Virus record (IMG/VR): IMGVR_UViG_3300043932_000239
DNA from: an uncultured virus (IMG/VR IMGVR_UViG_3300043932_000239)
Taxonomy: Duplodnaviria > Heunggongvirae > Uroviricota > Caudoviricetes
Length of the DNA: 64,000 nucleotides
Direction: 5' to 3' (one strand)
Position numbers and translations under genes: made by a program. Shown one piece after another: positions 27,255-36,201 of the stretch. Within the stretch, counting starts at the first letter, position 1; each line of letters starts with the position of its first letter. The notes under the pieces were generated by a model. That model was not told where the DNA came from, did not search any database, and worked only from the letters and a program-made list of their open reading frames with translations.

Positions 27255-27588
27255 CGTTCTCTCTTCCTTCCGGTACTGCGTGGTGGGCGAGGATTTCGAT
27301 GTAGCGGCCGACCTGTTCGACGGTGTCGATGATGTAGCGGCCATCAGGTGCTGCGATTTCCATGGACTCATCCACCGTCACGTGTGGGATCTGGCGGATT
27401 CGGAAGAGCCGGTCGGCCCTCGTGTAGGCGGCGCGGTCCACCCACGCTGCCGAGGCGTGACGCAACTCGACGTAGGCGCGCACTGTTGCCACCATCTGAT
27501 CCGTCGTGGTGATAAACCCTGCCTGGTCACGCTGGGTGACAGGTTTGATGAGGTCGATGGTGGTTCGCATGGATCCAAGCGATGCCAT
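27235..27588 (-). CDS. Head-tail adaptor/closure protein
   Basis: ATG 27588; D.AGF...VRAYVE..H...LFRIR...YIEILA. Confidence 0.8.
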   Translation of the reverse strand: MASLGSMRTTIDLIKPVTQRDQAGFITTTDQMVATVRAYVELRHASAAWVDRAAYTRADRLFRIRQIPHVTVDESMEIAAPDGRYIIDTVEQVGRYIEILAHHAVPEGRENDGESDD

Positions 27589-27592
27589 GTGC

Positions 27593-27919
27593 TTACACCT
27601 TCCATTCGCGGTCGAGACGTAGCAGGTTGTTGACCGCCGCCCACACCGCCCGCGCGGCGTCGGGTTTGTCTGACCACAGGCCTGCGGTGGAGCCGTCTCG
27701 GGATTCGTAGAAGTGGGTGGCGAGCATGACGATGCCTTGCCTGGTCGCCCCACTCATCTCGTTTTCCTCGTAGTGGTTTTCGGGGAGGTGTTGGTAGGCG
27801 GTGGCGTAGGAGGTGGCCGCGCGGATGAGCGCGTCGATGAGACGGTCGTCCTCATCAAAGGTGATGAGAAGATTCGCCTTCACCTGGGCGAGCAGTCCTG
27901 GCATGTCCATCACGGCCAC
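27593..27919 (-). CDS. Head-tail connector protein (gp6-like)
   Basis: VKANL...EDD.LI..LI.AA, HFYESRDG; follows the capsid gene. Confidence 0.85.
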   Translation of the reverse strand: MAVMDMPGLLAQVKANLLITFDEDDRLIDALIRAATSYATAYQHLPENHYEENEMSGATRQGIVMLATHFYESRDGSTAGLWSDKPDAARAVWAAVNNLLRLDREWKV

Positions 27920-27936
27920 CCCCTTTCCCTTCTCGC

Positions 27937-29154
27937 TTAGGCTCCGGCCTTTTGGGTGAGCAGCTGGACGGCCTCGGGCAGGACGAGCTTTCCGTCGAGG
28001 CGCTGGGAGGCAAGGAACCCGACCTGCCCGGTGGTGGCGAACAGTTCGTTGAGGCGCTTGAAGGAGCGTCCCTGACGGTCGGCAATCCAGTAGTAGGACA
28101 GGTCACCAAACGCCACCGTCGCCTGTCCCGCCTTAAGTTCGGGGGCGAAGGTGGACGTGTGGACGGGGCGGCCAAGAATGAGGTCTGGGGCACCGGCGGT
28201 GAGGGCTGGCTGCCACAGGTACTGGCCGTTGTTGTCCTTGAGCTTGCGCACGGTCTTCACGGTCGCGTCGTTCATCAGCCACACCGCGTTCTTGCGATAC
28301 GGGGCGCGAAGCGCATAGTGCAGATCGATGAGCTCATCGGCACTAATGTCGGTGCCCTTCGCTGTGGTGACAGCGTTCTGTCCGCCACCGGCAGTGAAGA
28401 TGCCGGTGGGCTTGCCCTGCCCATTGCCGACAAGGAAGGCTTCCTCCTCGGCGGCACCGATACGGCGAGCGAACTCGGTCGCCAGATACGCTTCCACGTC
28501 GAAGGCGGAGTCGTTGAGGAGTTCTTCGCTGATTTTCAGGAATGTGCCGAGCTTGAACGCCGACAGAGTCACCTGGGAGAAGGTCTCGTCCGATTCCGTG
28601 TAGGGCTTGCCTTCGTCGAGCCAGCCTGCCGTGCCGTGGGTGGAGACGACGGGGATCTTGCGGTCTCCGCTCGTGGTCTGGATGACCTTGGCGAGGCCGC
28701 GCATGATGTTCTGGTCGGCGAGCGCCTGGACGAGGGTGCGTTCGAACTCGTCAGGGACCAGGTAGCCGCCTTCAGAATCGACGCCTTCAGACAGGGCGTT
28801 GCGCACTTCCATCGGGGAGGCGTTGAGCCGCATCGCGTCCCAGAAGGCGCGTTCGTAGGAGGCGGTGGCGCGTCCCGTCTTACGCTCGGATTCTTCTCCG
28901 GTTGCACCTGGCATGGTGGTGAGCGGCTGGTTGGTCGCGCGAGCCAGTTCAGCATCGCGGCGCTGGGCACGCTCGAGTCGGGCGATCTCGCTGGTGAGCT
29001 GGTCGATGTCCGCTTCCATGCGCGCATACTGGGCATCGTCTTCAGCGGAGAGGTAGCCGGTGTCGGTGTCGCGGCGATCGTCAAGGAAAGCCTTGGCCTT
29101 CTCCCATGTTTCTGCGCGGCGGGTACGAAGGTCAGAAATCGTGATCTGGGACAT
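27937..29154 (-). CDS. HK97-fold major capsid protein
   Basis: EGGYLVPDEF, ISEELLNDS, GKPTGI, LKDNNGQYLWQP, FGDLSYY, RLDGK. Confidence 0.95.
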   Translation of the reverse strand: MSQITISDLRTRRAETWEKAKAFLDDRRDTDTGYLSAEDDAQYARMEADIDQLTSEIARLERAQRRDAELARATNQPLTTMPGATGEESERKTGRATASYERAFWDAMRLNASPMEVRNALSEGVDSEGGYLVPDEFERTLVQALADQNIMRGLAKVIQTTSGDRKIPVVSTHGTAGWLDEGKPYTESDETFSQVTLSAFKLGTFLKISEELLNDSAFDVEAYLATEFARRIGAAEEEAFLVGNGQGKPTGIFTAGGGQNAVTTAKGTDISADELIDLHYALRAPYRKNAVWLMNDATVKTVRKLKDNNGQYLWQPALTAGAPDLILGRPVHTSTFAPELKAGQATVAFGDLSYYWIADRQGRSFKRLNELFATTGQVGFLASQRLDGKLVLPEAVQLLTQKAGA

Positions 29155-29171
29155 TGGTGTTCTCCAATCGG

Positions 29172-29942
29172 TTAGTGCTCGAGGTGGGTGAGGTGGGCGT
29201 ACAGGTCAACCAACCGCCTGCCCTCCGGCTTGGGAGGATTCGGGGTTTGGGGCGTGTGGGTGAGGTGTGCGACGAGGCGCTGCTCCACGGGGCGTCTCGC
29301 ATACACAACCCCGCCAGCCGCGTTCAGCGACGGTGACTCAGCGTCTGCGTCCTTGTTGTCGGCTGGAAGCGGGGCGCTTGGGCGGGTGAGGATGTCGTCG
29401 GCAAACCCCATGGAGATCGCAGCACGCGCGTCCATCCACGTTTCTGCGTCCATGAGCTTGGAGAGCTTCGCCCGACTCAAGCCCGTCTTGAGTTCGTAGG
29501 CGTTGATGATGGAGTCCTTGACTGCTGCGAGCATGTCGATCGCCCTGCCCAACTCGTCCGCGTCACCCGCAGCGAGAGTGGCGGGGTTGTGGATCATGAG
29601 CATGGACACCGGACTCATCAACACGGTCTCTCCGGCCATCGCGATGACGGATGCGGCAGAGGCTGCGATCCCGTCCACACACACGGTGACGTGCCCTGGA
29701 TAATCCAGGAGCATGTTGTAGATCTGGGCTGCTGCCACCACGTCACCGCCAGGCGAGTTGATCCACACGGTCACATCTCCACTGCCCGCTTTGAGTTCGC
29801 TGGCGAAGAGGGCGGGGGTGATGTCGTCGTCAAACCAGGATTCTTCGGCGATGACACCGTCGATACGTAAAACCCGGCTGGTGTCACTACCAGCCGGGTC
29901 GTGTGTTGGAGCCTGTGGCTCCCAGTTCCAGAACCGTCTCAA
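29172..29942 (-). CDS. ClpP-like head maturation protease
   Basis: INSPGGDV, GIAASAASVIA, MIHNP, ETWM. Confidence 0.92.
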   Translation of the reverse strand: MRRFWNWEPQAPTHDPAGSDTSRVLRIDGVIAEESWFDDDITPALFASELKAGSGDVTVWINSPGGDVVAAAQIYNMLLDYPGHVTVCVDGIAASAASVIAMAGETVLMSPVSMLMIHNPATLAAGDADELGRAIDMLAAVKDSIINAYELKTGLSRAKLSKLMDAETWMDARAAISMGFADDILTRPSAPLPADNKDADAESPSLNAAGGVVYARRPVEQRLVAHLTHTPQTPNPPKPEGRRLVDLYAHLTHLEH

Positions 29943-31273
29943 CGGCTACTCCTTCCACTCGATTGTTCTGCCCACCCGGCAGGCGCAGAGCCCTGGGCAC
30001 CTGCAGGCTCTTCGCTGTCGGTTTGTTCTTCGTCGGCGGGTACGCTGGTGGGTGCGTAGGCTCCCGCCATCGCCAGGGGCAGCATGTTCCCGTTGACCAG
30101 ATACGTGTCCCCGCCCTCGGCCTCGGGGATTCGGTCGAGGTTTTCCAGGGCGCGGATATCGTTGGCACTCATCCACCCGTTTTGCCGTGCGATGGCATAC
30201 CCGTTCATGCGCGACACATAATCCCCGCGCAGCAGGCCTTCGAGGTTGAACTTCACGAACACACCCGGCTTCTCCTGGGTCGCCAGGAGCCGCCTGTTGA
30301 GGGCTTGTTCCCAGCGGACCACCCACGGGTCGAGCGTGTACTTCACGAACTCCAAGGACTGCTGCTCAATGTTCGAAAACGACGACTTATCCAAATCACC
30401 CACCATGTGGGGTGGGATCCGGAAAATGCGGGCGATCTCATTGAGTTGGAACTTCCGCGTCTCCAAGAACTGAGCCTGCTCTGGGGAAACAGAGATCGGC
30501 GTGTATTTCATGCCCTCTTCCAACACGGCGACCTTGTTGCCGTTGCGAGCACCACCAAACGTTGACTGCCAGGACTCTCGTACCCGGGCGGGGTCTTTGA
30601 TCGTGCCGGGGTGTTCCAACACACCACCAGGGGCAGCACCGTTAGCGAAGAAAGAGGCACCGTAGTCTTCGGTGGCCATGGCCATGCCGATCGCGTTCTT
30701 CGCCATCGCAATCGGCGAATAGCCCACCAGGCCGTCAAACCCCAAGCCCGGAATATGCAACACATCAGGCGGCGACAAGCGGATTCTTTGCCACTGCCCG
30801 GCTGGCTCGTCACTCGTTGTCTCGTACTCGTAGTACAACTGGCCGTGCTCGTCCCGGCCGACGCTCATCCGGTTCGGCATCAGCGGATACAAGCCAACCA
30901 CGTCGTTTCGGCCATTGCGGATCACTTGGGCATAGGCGTTGCCCCAGAGCAGGAGGTGGGTCATGAGGGTTTCGCGGAACACGAAGCTCGTCATCTCCGG
31001 GTTCGGCTCGTCGTGAAGCAAGCCGTAGAGCGGGTGGTCGAGGGCTTTGACTTTCGACCCGTCCGATTCGGTGCGAAACACGTGCAGCGGCAGACCTGCG
31101 ATCGCCTCAGCCAGAATCCGCACGCACGAGTAGACGGCCGTCATCTGCATGGCGGAGCGTTCCGTCACCGCCCGACCAGCCGTCGTCGGACCGAACAAGA
31201 ACGAGTAGTTCGAGCTCAGCTGATGATTCTCAGCGTGGCGCGCGTTCGGGCGCAGCCAATCGAAGAACCCCAT
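29939..31273 (-). CDS. HK97-family portal protein
   Basis: AVYSCV.ILAE.IA.LP, PNPEMT, LLWGNAY, VLHI...GYSPI, IARIFRIPP. Confidence 0.95.
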   Translation of the reverse strand: MGFFDWLRPNARHAENHQLSSNYSFLFGPTTAGRAVTERSAMQMTAVYSCVRILAEAIAGLPLHVFRTESDGSKVKALDHPLYGLLHDEPNPEMTSFVFRETLMTHLLLWGNAYAQVIRNGRNDVVGLYPLMPNRMSVGRDEHGQLYYEYETTSDEPAGQWQRIRLSPPDVLHIPGLGFDGLVGYSPIAMAKNAIGMAMATEDYGASFFANGAAPGGVLEHPGTIKDPARVRESWQSTFGGARNGNKVAVLEEGMKYTPISVSPEQAQFLETRKFQLNEIARIFRIPPHMVGDLDKSSFSNIEQQSLEFVKYTLDPWVVRWEQALNRRLLATQEKPGVFVKFNLEGLLRGDYVSRMNGYAIARQNGWMSANDIRALENLDRIPEAEGGDTYLVNGNMLPLAMAGAYAPTSVPADEEQTDSEEPAGAQGSAPAGWAEQSSGRSSR

Positions 31274-31303
31274 GGGTGGTATCTCCTTTCCACGGGTATC
31301 AAC

Positions 31304-32902
31304 TCAGAGGACCAGCAGTCCCCGCTCGTCGTAGACCGAGCCTGTGGGCTGTGCGTTGCCTCCTCGGATGGCCCGGTCGAGGGCCATGATGGTGGCGACG
31401 ACGCCGTCGATCTTTTCGGTGGACTTTTGCTTGTCGGGCTTGATGTTTCCGGCCGGGTCGGTGCGCACGTGAATGTTGTCCACCATCCAGGAGAGCACCG
31501 GGTGCCCGCCGTGGGCTAGCTTGCCTTCCAGGGCCAGTTTCATGAGCTCCTTGGACGGTGGACTCATGTCTTTGAAGCCTTGGCCGAAGGGCACGACGGT
31601 GAAGCCAGCGTCCTCAAGGTTCTGGCTCATTTGGGCTGCGCCCCACCGGTCGAACGCGATCTCACGAATATCGAAGCGTTCACCCAACTGCTGGATGTGG
31701 TGTTCGATGTGGGCGTAGTGGACGACGTTTCCCTCGGTGGTGTGCAGGTAGCCTTGCTTTTCCCACAGGTCGTAGGGCACGTGGTCGCGGGCGACCCTGA
31801 GTTTGAGGTTGTCTTCGGGGATCCAAAACCACGGCGCAATCACGTACTTCTCGTCGTCCGCGCTTGGTGGGAAGACGAGGACGAACGCGGTGATGTCCGT
31901 CGTGGATGCGAGGTCGAGCCCGCCGTAGCAGGGCCGTCCCTCAATCTCGGCCAGATCCACAGGGGCGCTGTTCTGGTTCCATACGTGCATCGGCATCCAC
32001 CTCACCGACTGCTTCACCCATTGGTTGAGGCGAAGCTGCCTGAACGTGTTTTCTTCGGCGGGGTTTTGGCGGGCGGAGTTGCAGGCGGCCCGCACCTTGT
32101 CGATCGGCACCGTGATACCAAGCGAGGGGTTGGCTTTCGCCCACACCTCCTCATCCGTCCAATCATCGTCTTGGTCTGCCCCGTAGATGACCGGGTAGAA
32201 GGTCGGGTCGTGTTTCTTGCCGTCGAGAATGTCGCGGGCTTTCTGGTGCTGTTCGTAGCAGATCGAATGCGTGTCCGTGCCAGCCGTCGTGATGAGGAAG
32301 TAGAGGGGCTGTGTACGCGCGTCCCCGGACCCTTTCGTCATGACATCGAAGAGCGCTCGGTTGGGTTGGGTGTGCAGTTCGTCGAACACGACGCCGGAAA
32401 TGTTGAACCCGTGCTTCGAATAGGCCTCAGCGGAGAGCACCTGGTAGAAGCTGTTCGTCGGCTTGTAAATAATCCGCTTCTGCGAAGACAGGATCTTGAC
32501 CCTCTTGGAGAGTGCTGGGGATTGGCGGATCATGTCGGCCGCGACCTCGAACACGATGGAGGCTTGCTGGCGGTCGGCCGCGCACCCATACACTTCGGCA
32601 GCCTGCTCCCCATCCCCACACGTCAGCAGCAAGGCGATCGCAGCGGCGAGTTCAGACTTGCCTTGCTTCTTGGGGATTTCGACGTAGGCGGTGGTGAACT
32701 GGCGGTAGCCGTCGGGCTTGATGACGCCGAACAGGTCACGCACGATCTGTTCCTGCCAATCCAACAGTTTGAATGGTGTGCCTGCCCAGCGGCCTTTCGT
32801 ATGCCGCAGCGCCTGGATGAACGCGACCGCAAAGTCGGCCTTCTGACGCGAGTAGGTGGAGGTTTCGTCCATGAAAGGAGTGGGAGAAAACGAGCCAGCC
32901 AT
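31304..32902 (-). CDS. terL: Terminase large subunit
   Basis: IPKKQGKS, VFDELH, ITTAG, GGLDLAS..D, FDRWGA, KIDGVVA. Confidence 0.95.
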   Translation of the reverse strand: MAGSFSPTPFMDETSTYSRQKADFAVAFIQALRHTKGRWAGTPFKLLDWQEQIVRDLFGVIKPDGYRQFTTAYVEIPKKQGKSELAAAIALLLTCGDGEQAAEVYGCAADRQQASIVFEVAADMIRQSPALSKRVKILSSQKRIIYKPTNSFYQVLSAEAYSKHGFNISGVVFDELHTQPNRALFDVMTKGSGDARTQPLYFLITTAGTDTHSICYEQHQKARDILDGKKHDPTFYPVIYGADQDDDWTDEEVWAKANPSLGITVPIDKVRAACNSARQNPAEENTFRQLRLNQWVKQSVRWMPMHVWNQNSAPVDLAEIEGRPCYGGLDLASTTDITAFVLVFPPSADDEKYVIAPWFWIPEDNLKLRVARDHVPYDLWEKQGYLHTTEGNVVHYAHIEHHIQQLGERFDIREIAFDRWGAAQMSQNLEDAGFTVVPFGQGFKDMSPPSKELMKLALEGKLAHGGHPVLSWMVDNIHVRTDPAGNIKPDKQKSTEKIDGVVATIMALDRAIRGGNAQPTGSVYDERGLLVL

Positions 32903-32976
32903 GAGCGTTGTCTCCTTTCATGAGACGCGCCGCCAGCCCGAGGAGAACATCCGGGGGTTGGCGGCTTCGTGGGTTG

Positions 32977-33330
32977 TTAGTTGCGGGTGAGGGTCCAGGC
33001 AGGAACAACCTGGAAGGCGTCGGTCTCGAAGTTGCGGCTTGTGGAGGCGACCTCCTGCATTCCCGTGATCTGCCATCCGGCTTGCTGGAAGGCCCACAGG
33101 GCGCGGGTCATGTTCGAGTAGGTGGACGAGATCGTGAACTCGGTGATCCCGGCCTGGTCGAGCAGGGTTGCGATGCCGGTTTCGGTGCCCTCGTGGATGG
33201 GGCCGTCGAAGTCGAGGAGGGCGTTGCCCGTCTGCTGGCGGACGAGGTTGGCTCGGGCGACCGCCTGGGCGGCGGGGGTCGCTTCGGCGGCGGCGAGGAT
33301 CTCGTCGAGGGCGTCGGTGGTGGTGTTCAT
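32977..33330 (-). CDS. Hypothetical phage protein
   Basis: ATG 33330 with GGAG RBS; GITEFTISSTYS; preceded by a repeat/promoter unit. Confidence 0.7.
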   Translation of the reverse strand: MNTTTDALDEILAAAEATPAAQAVARANLVRQQTGNALLDFDGPIHEGTETGIATLLDQAGITEFTISSTYSNMTRALWAFQQAGWQITGMQEVASTSRNFETDAFQVVPAWTLTRN

Positions 33331-33368
33331 GGCTGTTCTCCCGTGTCGTGTTCTTCTTGGGTGGTTAC

Positions 33369-33437
33369 ATACAGCCATAGATCCGCGAGACTATCCAGTC
33401 ACATTTGCCCAGATCAGAGACTATTTCTAGCGGTCTA
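33369..33437 (-). repeat. 69-bp direct repeat copy 1, containing class B motif CTGGATA-N18-TGTAT
   Basis: 57/69 identical (hand count) to 33871-33939. Confidence 0.88.
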
Positions 33438-33526
33438 TGTCTCTCGAAAAACGCGAGGTGAGAGAGGTGTGCCCCGCTGTTGTGCGGGGCTATTCCAGCC
33501 GGTTGGGCTGGCGGTTGTGGTTGGGG

Positions 33527-33829
33527 TTAGAGGGCGGCGAGCATCCCGAAAGCCCAGGCTCCGGCTTCAGCCTCGCTAGCGAAGTCCTCATGGTCGTTGG
33601 CGGAGGCGATGGCGTGGGTGATGGGGGCGTTCTCGCTGCGATCGTCGCTGGCGTAGGTGTAGATGTGGGCCTCGTAGCCCATGGCGTCGCGGTCGTAGTT
33701 CCAGCCCCAGCGGGTCACCATGATGTGGTTGCCGACCGGCATGAGGTTGCCCTGGAATTGGCAGGCCTTCTTCAACGCTGCTGCGGTGGTGATGGTGTCC
33801 ATCTCTGGGTAGTGTCCGTGGTCGAGCAT
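33527..33829 (-). CDS. Hypothetical phage protein
   Basis: 100 aa, GAGGA RBS, lies between the two direct repeats. Confidence 0.65.
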   Translation of the reverse strand: MLDHGHYPEMDTITTAAALKKACQFQGNLMPVGNHIMVTRWGWNYDRDAMGYEAHIYTYASDDRSENAPITHAIASANDHEDFASEAEAGAWAFGMLAAL

Positions 33830-33870
33830 TTTCGTTTCCTCCCTGGTTCTGTGGTGTTCTTGGTGTGTCT

Positions 33871-33939
33871 ATACAGCCATAGATTCAGGGGTATATCCAG
33901 TCGTATTTGCCCAGATCAGACACTATTTTCAGTGGTCTA
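33871..33939 (-). repeat. 69-bp direct repeat copy 2, containing class B motif
   Basis: ATACAGCCATAGAT...ATCCAGTC..ATTTGCCCAGATCAGA.ACTATTT..AG.GGTCTA. Confidence 0.88.
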
Positions 33940-34125
33940 GAGCTCGAGTTTTTTCCACCTGTCGACACCCGGTATGAGGCCCAAGGATGAGCCGCAGTCC
34001 TAGGCGACATGCACCGTGCCGAGCGCGTCGATGGCGATGACGGTTCCTTCCTCGCCGGGCGTGAGCTGCGTGTAGGAGTCGTCCATGGACATGAGGCGAA
34101 TACGGTCGCCAGGCTGGAGGTTCAT
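33937..34125 (-). pseudogene. DUF4314-like gene with internal amber stop
   Basis: MNLQPGDRIRLMSMDD...GTVHVA*DCGSSLGLIPGVD; TAG at 34000-34002 where the family has Trp (WDxGS). Confidence 0.75.
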
Positions 34126-34853
34126 GCGGTCACCTCGGTTCTGGGTGTGCGCCACGCAGCGTCCCCTTCGAGCCGCTTCGTGAGCGTGCGCCGGGTTGGG
34201 GCATGGTCGGCTCCGATGAAGCCAAGGGCAAGGAGGAAGGTGCGCATCGTGTACTTGTCATTCCCTCCCGCTGGAGGCTTGGCGCTTACGCGGGCGGCCT
34301 CCTTTGCGCGCTTCACCAGTGCTGCGATCAACTCGATCGCAGCAGAGCGCACATCCTCCTCAGGCATCTTGTTGAACCACAGGAACGACACCGCATCGTC
34401 CGTGTACTCGACCGGCGTTGCGGGTATATCCAGCGCTCGGGCGATGAGCGGGCCTTTCGAGGCAAGGAGCGCGTCCAGGTTGGTGCGCGTCTGCTCGCTC
34501 CAGTCGGTGGTGGGCAGGCTGATCGTCAGACCTGGAACCTCGTCGGCAGTATCACTGGTGCCTGGCATCTGCGTGTCCTCCGTGTCGTGGGGCGTGGTGT
34601 GCCTCGCGCCGACCGTTTGGGCGGCTTGGCGGATGAGTGGGATCAGCCGTTCGGCTTTCTCGCCGCTGAGGGGAATGTTCCATTTCGCGTCCAACCAGAC
34701 CTCGCCCGTCTCGTAGGCGAAGGATGGGGTGCCGTGGTAGGTGACCTCCGTGCCCAGGCGAGCTGCGATTGCGTGTGCGAGCTGCTTGCGTGAAAGCCCT
34801 TCGGGCGGGGTGACGGTGAGCCACACTGTGCCGGTATTCGTTGTCATGACCAT
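34122..34853 (-). CDS. Phage 'virulence-related'/amidoligase C-terminal-like protein
   Basis: YHGTPSFAY N-terminus; NDKYTMRTFLLALGFIG...R..L.KRLEGDAAWR C-terminus. Confidence 0.7.
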   Translation of the reverse strand: MVMTTNTGTVWLTVTPPEGLSRKQLAHAIAARLGTEVTYHGTPSFAYETGEVWLDAKWNIPLSGEKAERLIPLIRQAAQTVGARHTTPHDTEDTQMPGTSDTADEVPGLTISLPTTDWSEQTRTNLDALLASKGPLIARALDIPATPVEYTDDAVSFLWFNKMPEEDVRSAAIELIAALVKRAKEAARVSAKPPAGGNDKYTMRTFLLALGFIGADHAPTRRTLTKRLEGDAAWRTPRTEVTA

Positions 34854-34904
34854 GCTCCTTGTCGGTTGTGTTTGTCCTGATCATCAGGTGTTTTGGTCAT
34901 GTAC

Positions 34905-34934
34905 ATACACGCTCTACTCGCGGCGAATAGCAAG
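34905..34934 (-). promoter_or_regulatory. Promoter-like motif class B, CTTGCTA-N18-TGTAT
   Basis: Same spacing as the other three copies; intergenic, upstream of 34853. Confidence 0.6.
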
Positions 34935-34950
34935 CGAATGTGGCCCTCGC

Positions 34951-36201
34951 TTAGGCGCTCTTTCGGTCGACTTCCTTTACGAGGTCAAGGTAGGAGTATT
35001 CGACGCCGTCTCTTAGGCAGGTGATGCCTGCTGCGTCGCCGGTGTGGTCGGCGTAGCGGCGCAGGATCACCGACGCGTACTTCTCGTCCAACTCCATGGC
35101 GTAGCAGATCCGGTCGGTCGCCTCGCACGCCATGAGCGTCGACCCGGATCCGGCAAACGTGTCGAGGACGATCGCGTTCGCCTGGGTGGAATTCCCGATC
35201 GGATAGGCCAGCAAGTCGAGTGGCTTGGAGGTCGGGTGGTCGGAGTTCTTGCGAGGTTTCGCAAAGTTCCAGATGGTTGTCTGTTTCCGGTCCGCATACC
35301 ACTTGTGCTTGCCCGACTTGACCCAGCCGAAAAGGACCGGTTCGTGTTGCCACTGATACGGGCTGCGTCCCAGGACGAGGGAGTCTTTGACCCAGATGCA
35401 ACACCCTGACAGGTAGAAGCCAGCATCTTGGAAAGCCCGGCGAAAGTTCAGGCCCTCGGTGTCGGCGTGGAACACGTAGGCGGACGCGCCCTTGTCGCAA
35501 ACGCCTGCGAGGTTGGTGAATGCGGCGAGGAGGAACTCGTAGAACGAGTCGGCCGCCATCTTGTCGTTCTTGATTTTCAGGCCATCAGAGGATTCGAAGG
35601 CGACGTTGTAGGGCGGGTCGGTCAGCACGAGGTTCGCCCGCTTCCCACCCATCAAGAGTTCGACGTCGGCCGGGTTGGTGGCGTCTCCGCAGACGAGCCG
35701 GTGGCGGCCAACCGTCCACACGTCCCCACGCTGAACAAACGCCGCCGCCTCCAACGCGGCTGTCAGATCGAAGTCGTCATCGGCGACCTCGGTGTCGCCG
35801 AGGGAGCCGATGAGCTTTTCAATCTCCGCATCGTCAAAACCAGTGAGTGCGGCATCGAAGTCGGAAGCGTCAAGGTCGGCGATGAGCAGGGCGAGTTTGT
35901 TCTCGTCCCAGTCACCGCTGATCTTGTTGAGCGCCACGTTAAGTGCTTTTTCTCGTGTCTCGTCCACGTCCACCACGACAACATCAACCGTGTCGTGCCC
36001 GAGATCTTGGAGGACTTTGAGGCGCTGGTGACCGCCCACCACGTTGCCGGTTTGCTGGTTCCAGATGACGGGTTCGACGTAGCCGAACTCTTGGAGGGAA
36101 CGCTTGAGCTTCTCGTACTCCTTATCCCCGGGTTTGAGGTCTTTGCGGGGGTTGTAGTCGGCGGGCTTCAGCTCACTGATCGCCATTGGTGTGATCTGCA
36201 C
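34951..36201 (-). CDS. ParB-like domain plus beta-class N6-adenine DNA methyltransferase
   Basis: YNPRK...FGYVEPVI...GGHQR (ParB); TDPPYN motif IV; HPTSKP; DTFAGSGST motif I. Confidence 0.92.
   Translation of the reverse strand: MQITPMAISELKPADYNPRKDLKPGDKEYEKLKRSLQEFGYVEPVIWNQQTGNVVGGHQRLKVLQDLGHDTVDVVVVDVDETREKALNVALNKISGDWDENKLALLIADLDASDFDAALTGFDDAEIEKLIGSLGDTEVADDDFDLTAALEAAAFVQRGDVWTVGRHRLVCGDATNPADVELLMGGKRANLVLTDPPYNVAFESSDGLKIKNDKMAADSFYEFLLAAFTNLAGVCDKGASAYVFHADTEGLNFRRAFQDAGFYLSGCCIWVKDSLVLGRSPYQWQHEPVLFGWVKSGKHKWYADRKQTTIWNFAKPRKNSDHPTSKPLDLLAYPIGNSTQANAIVLDTFAGSGSTLMACEATDRICYAMELDEKYASVILRRYADHTGDAAGITCLRDGVEYSYLDLVKEVDRKSA

Noticed and set aside
27952..32923. Long + strand ORFs over capsid, portal and terminase genes
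   Set aside because: Antisense shadows of well-supported - strand genes
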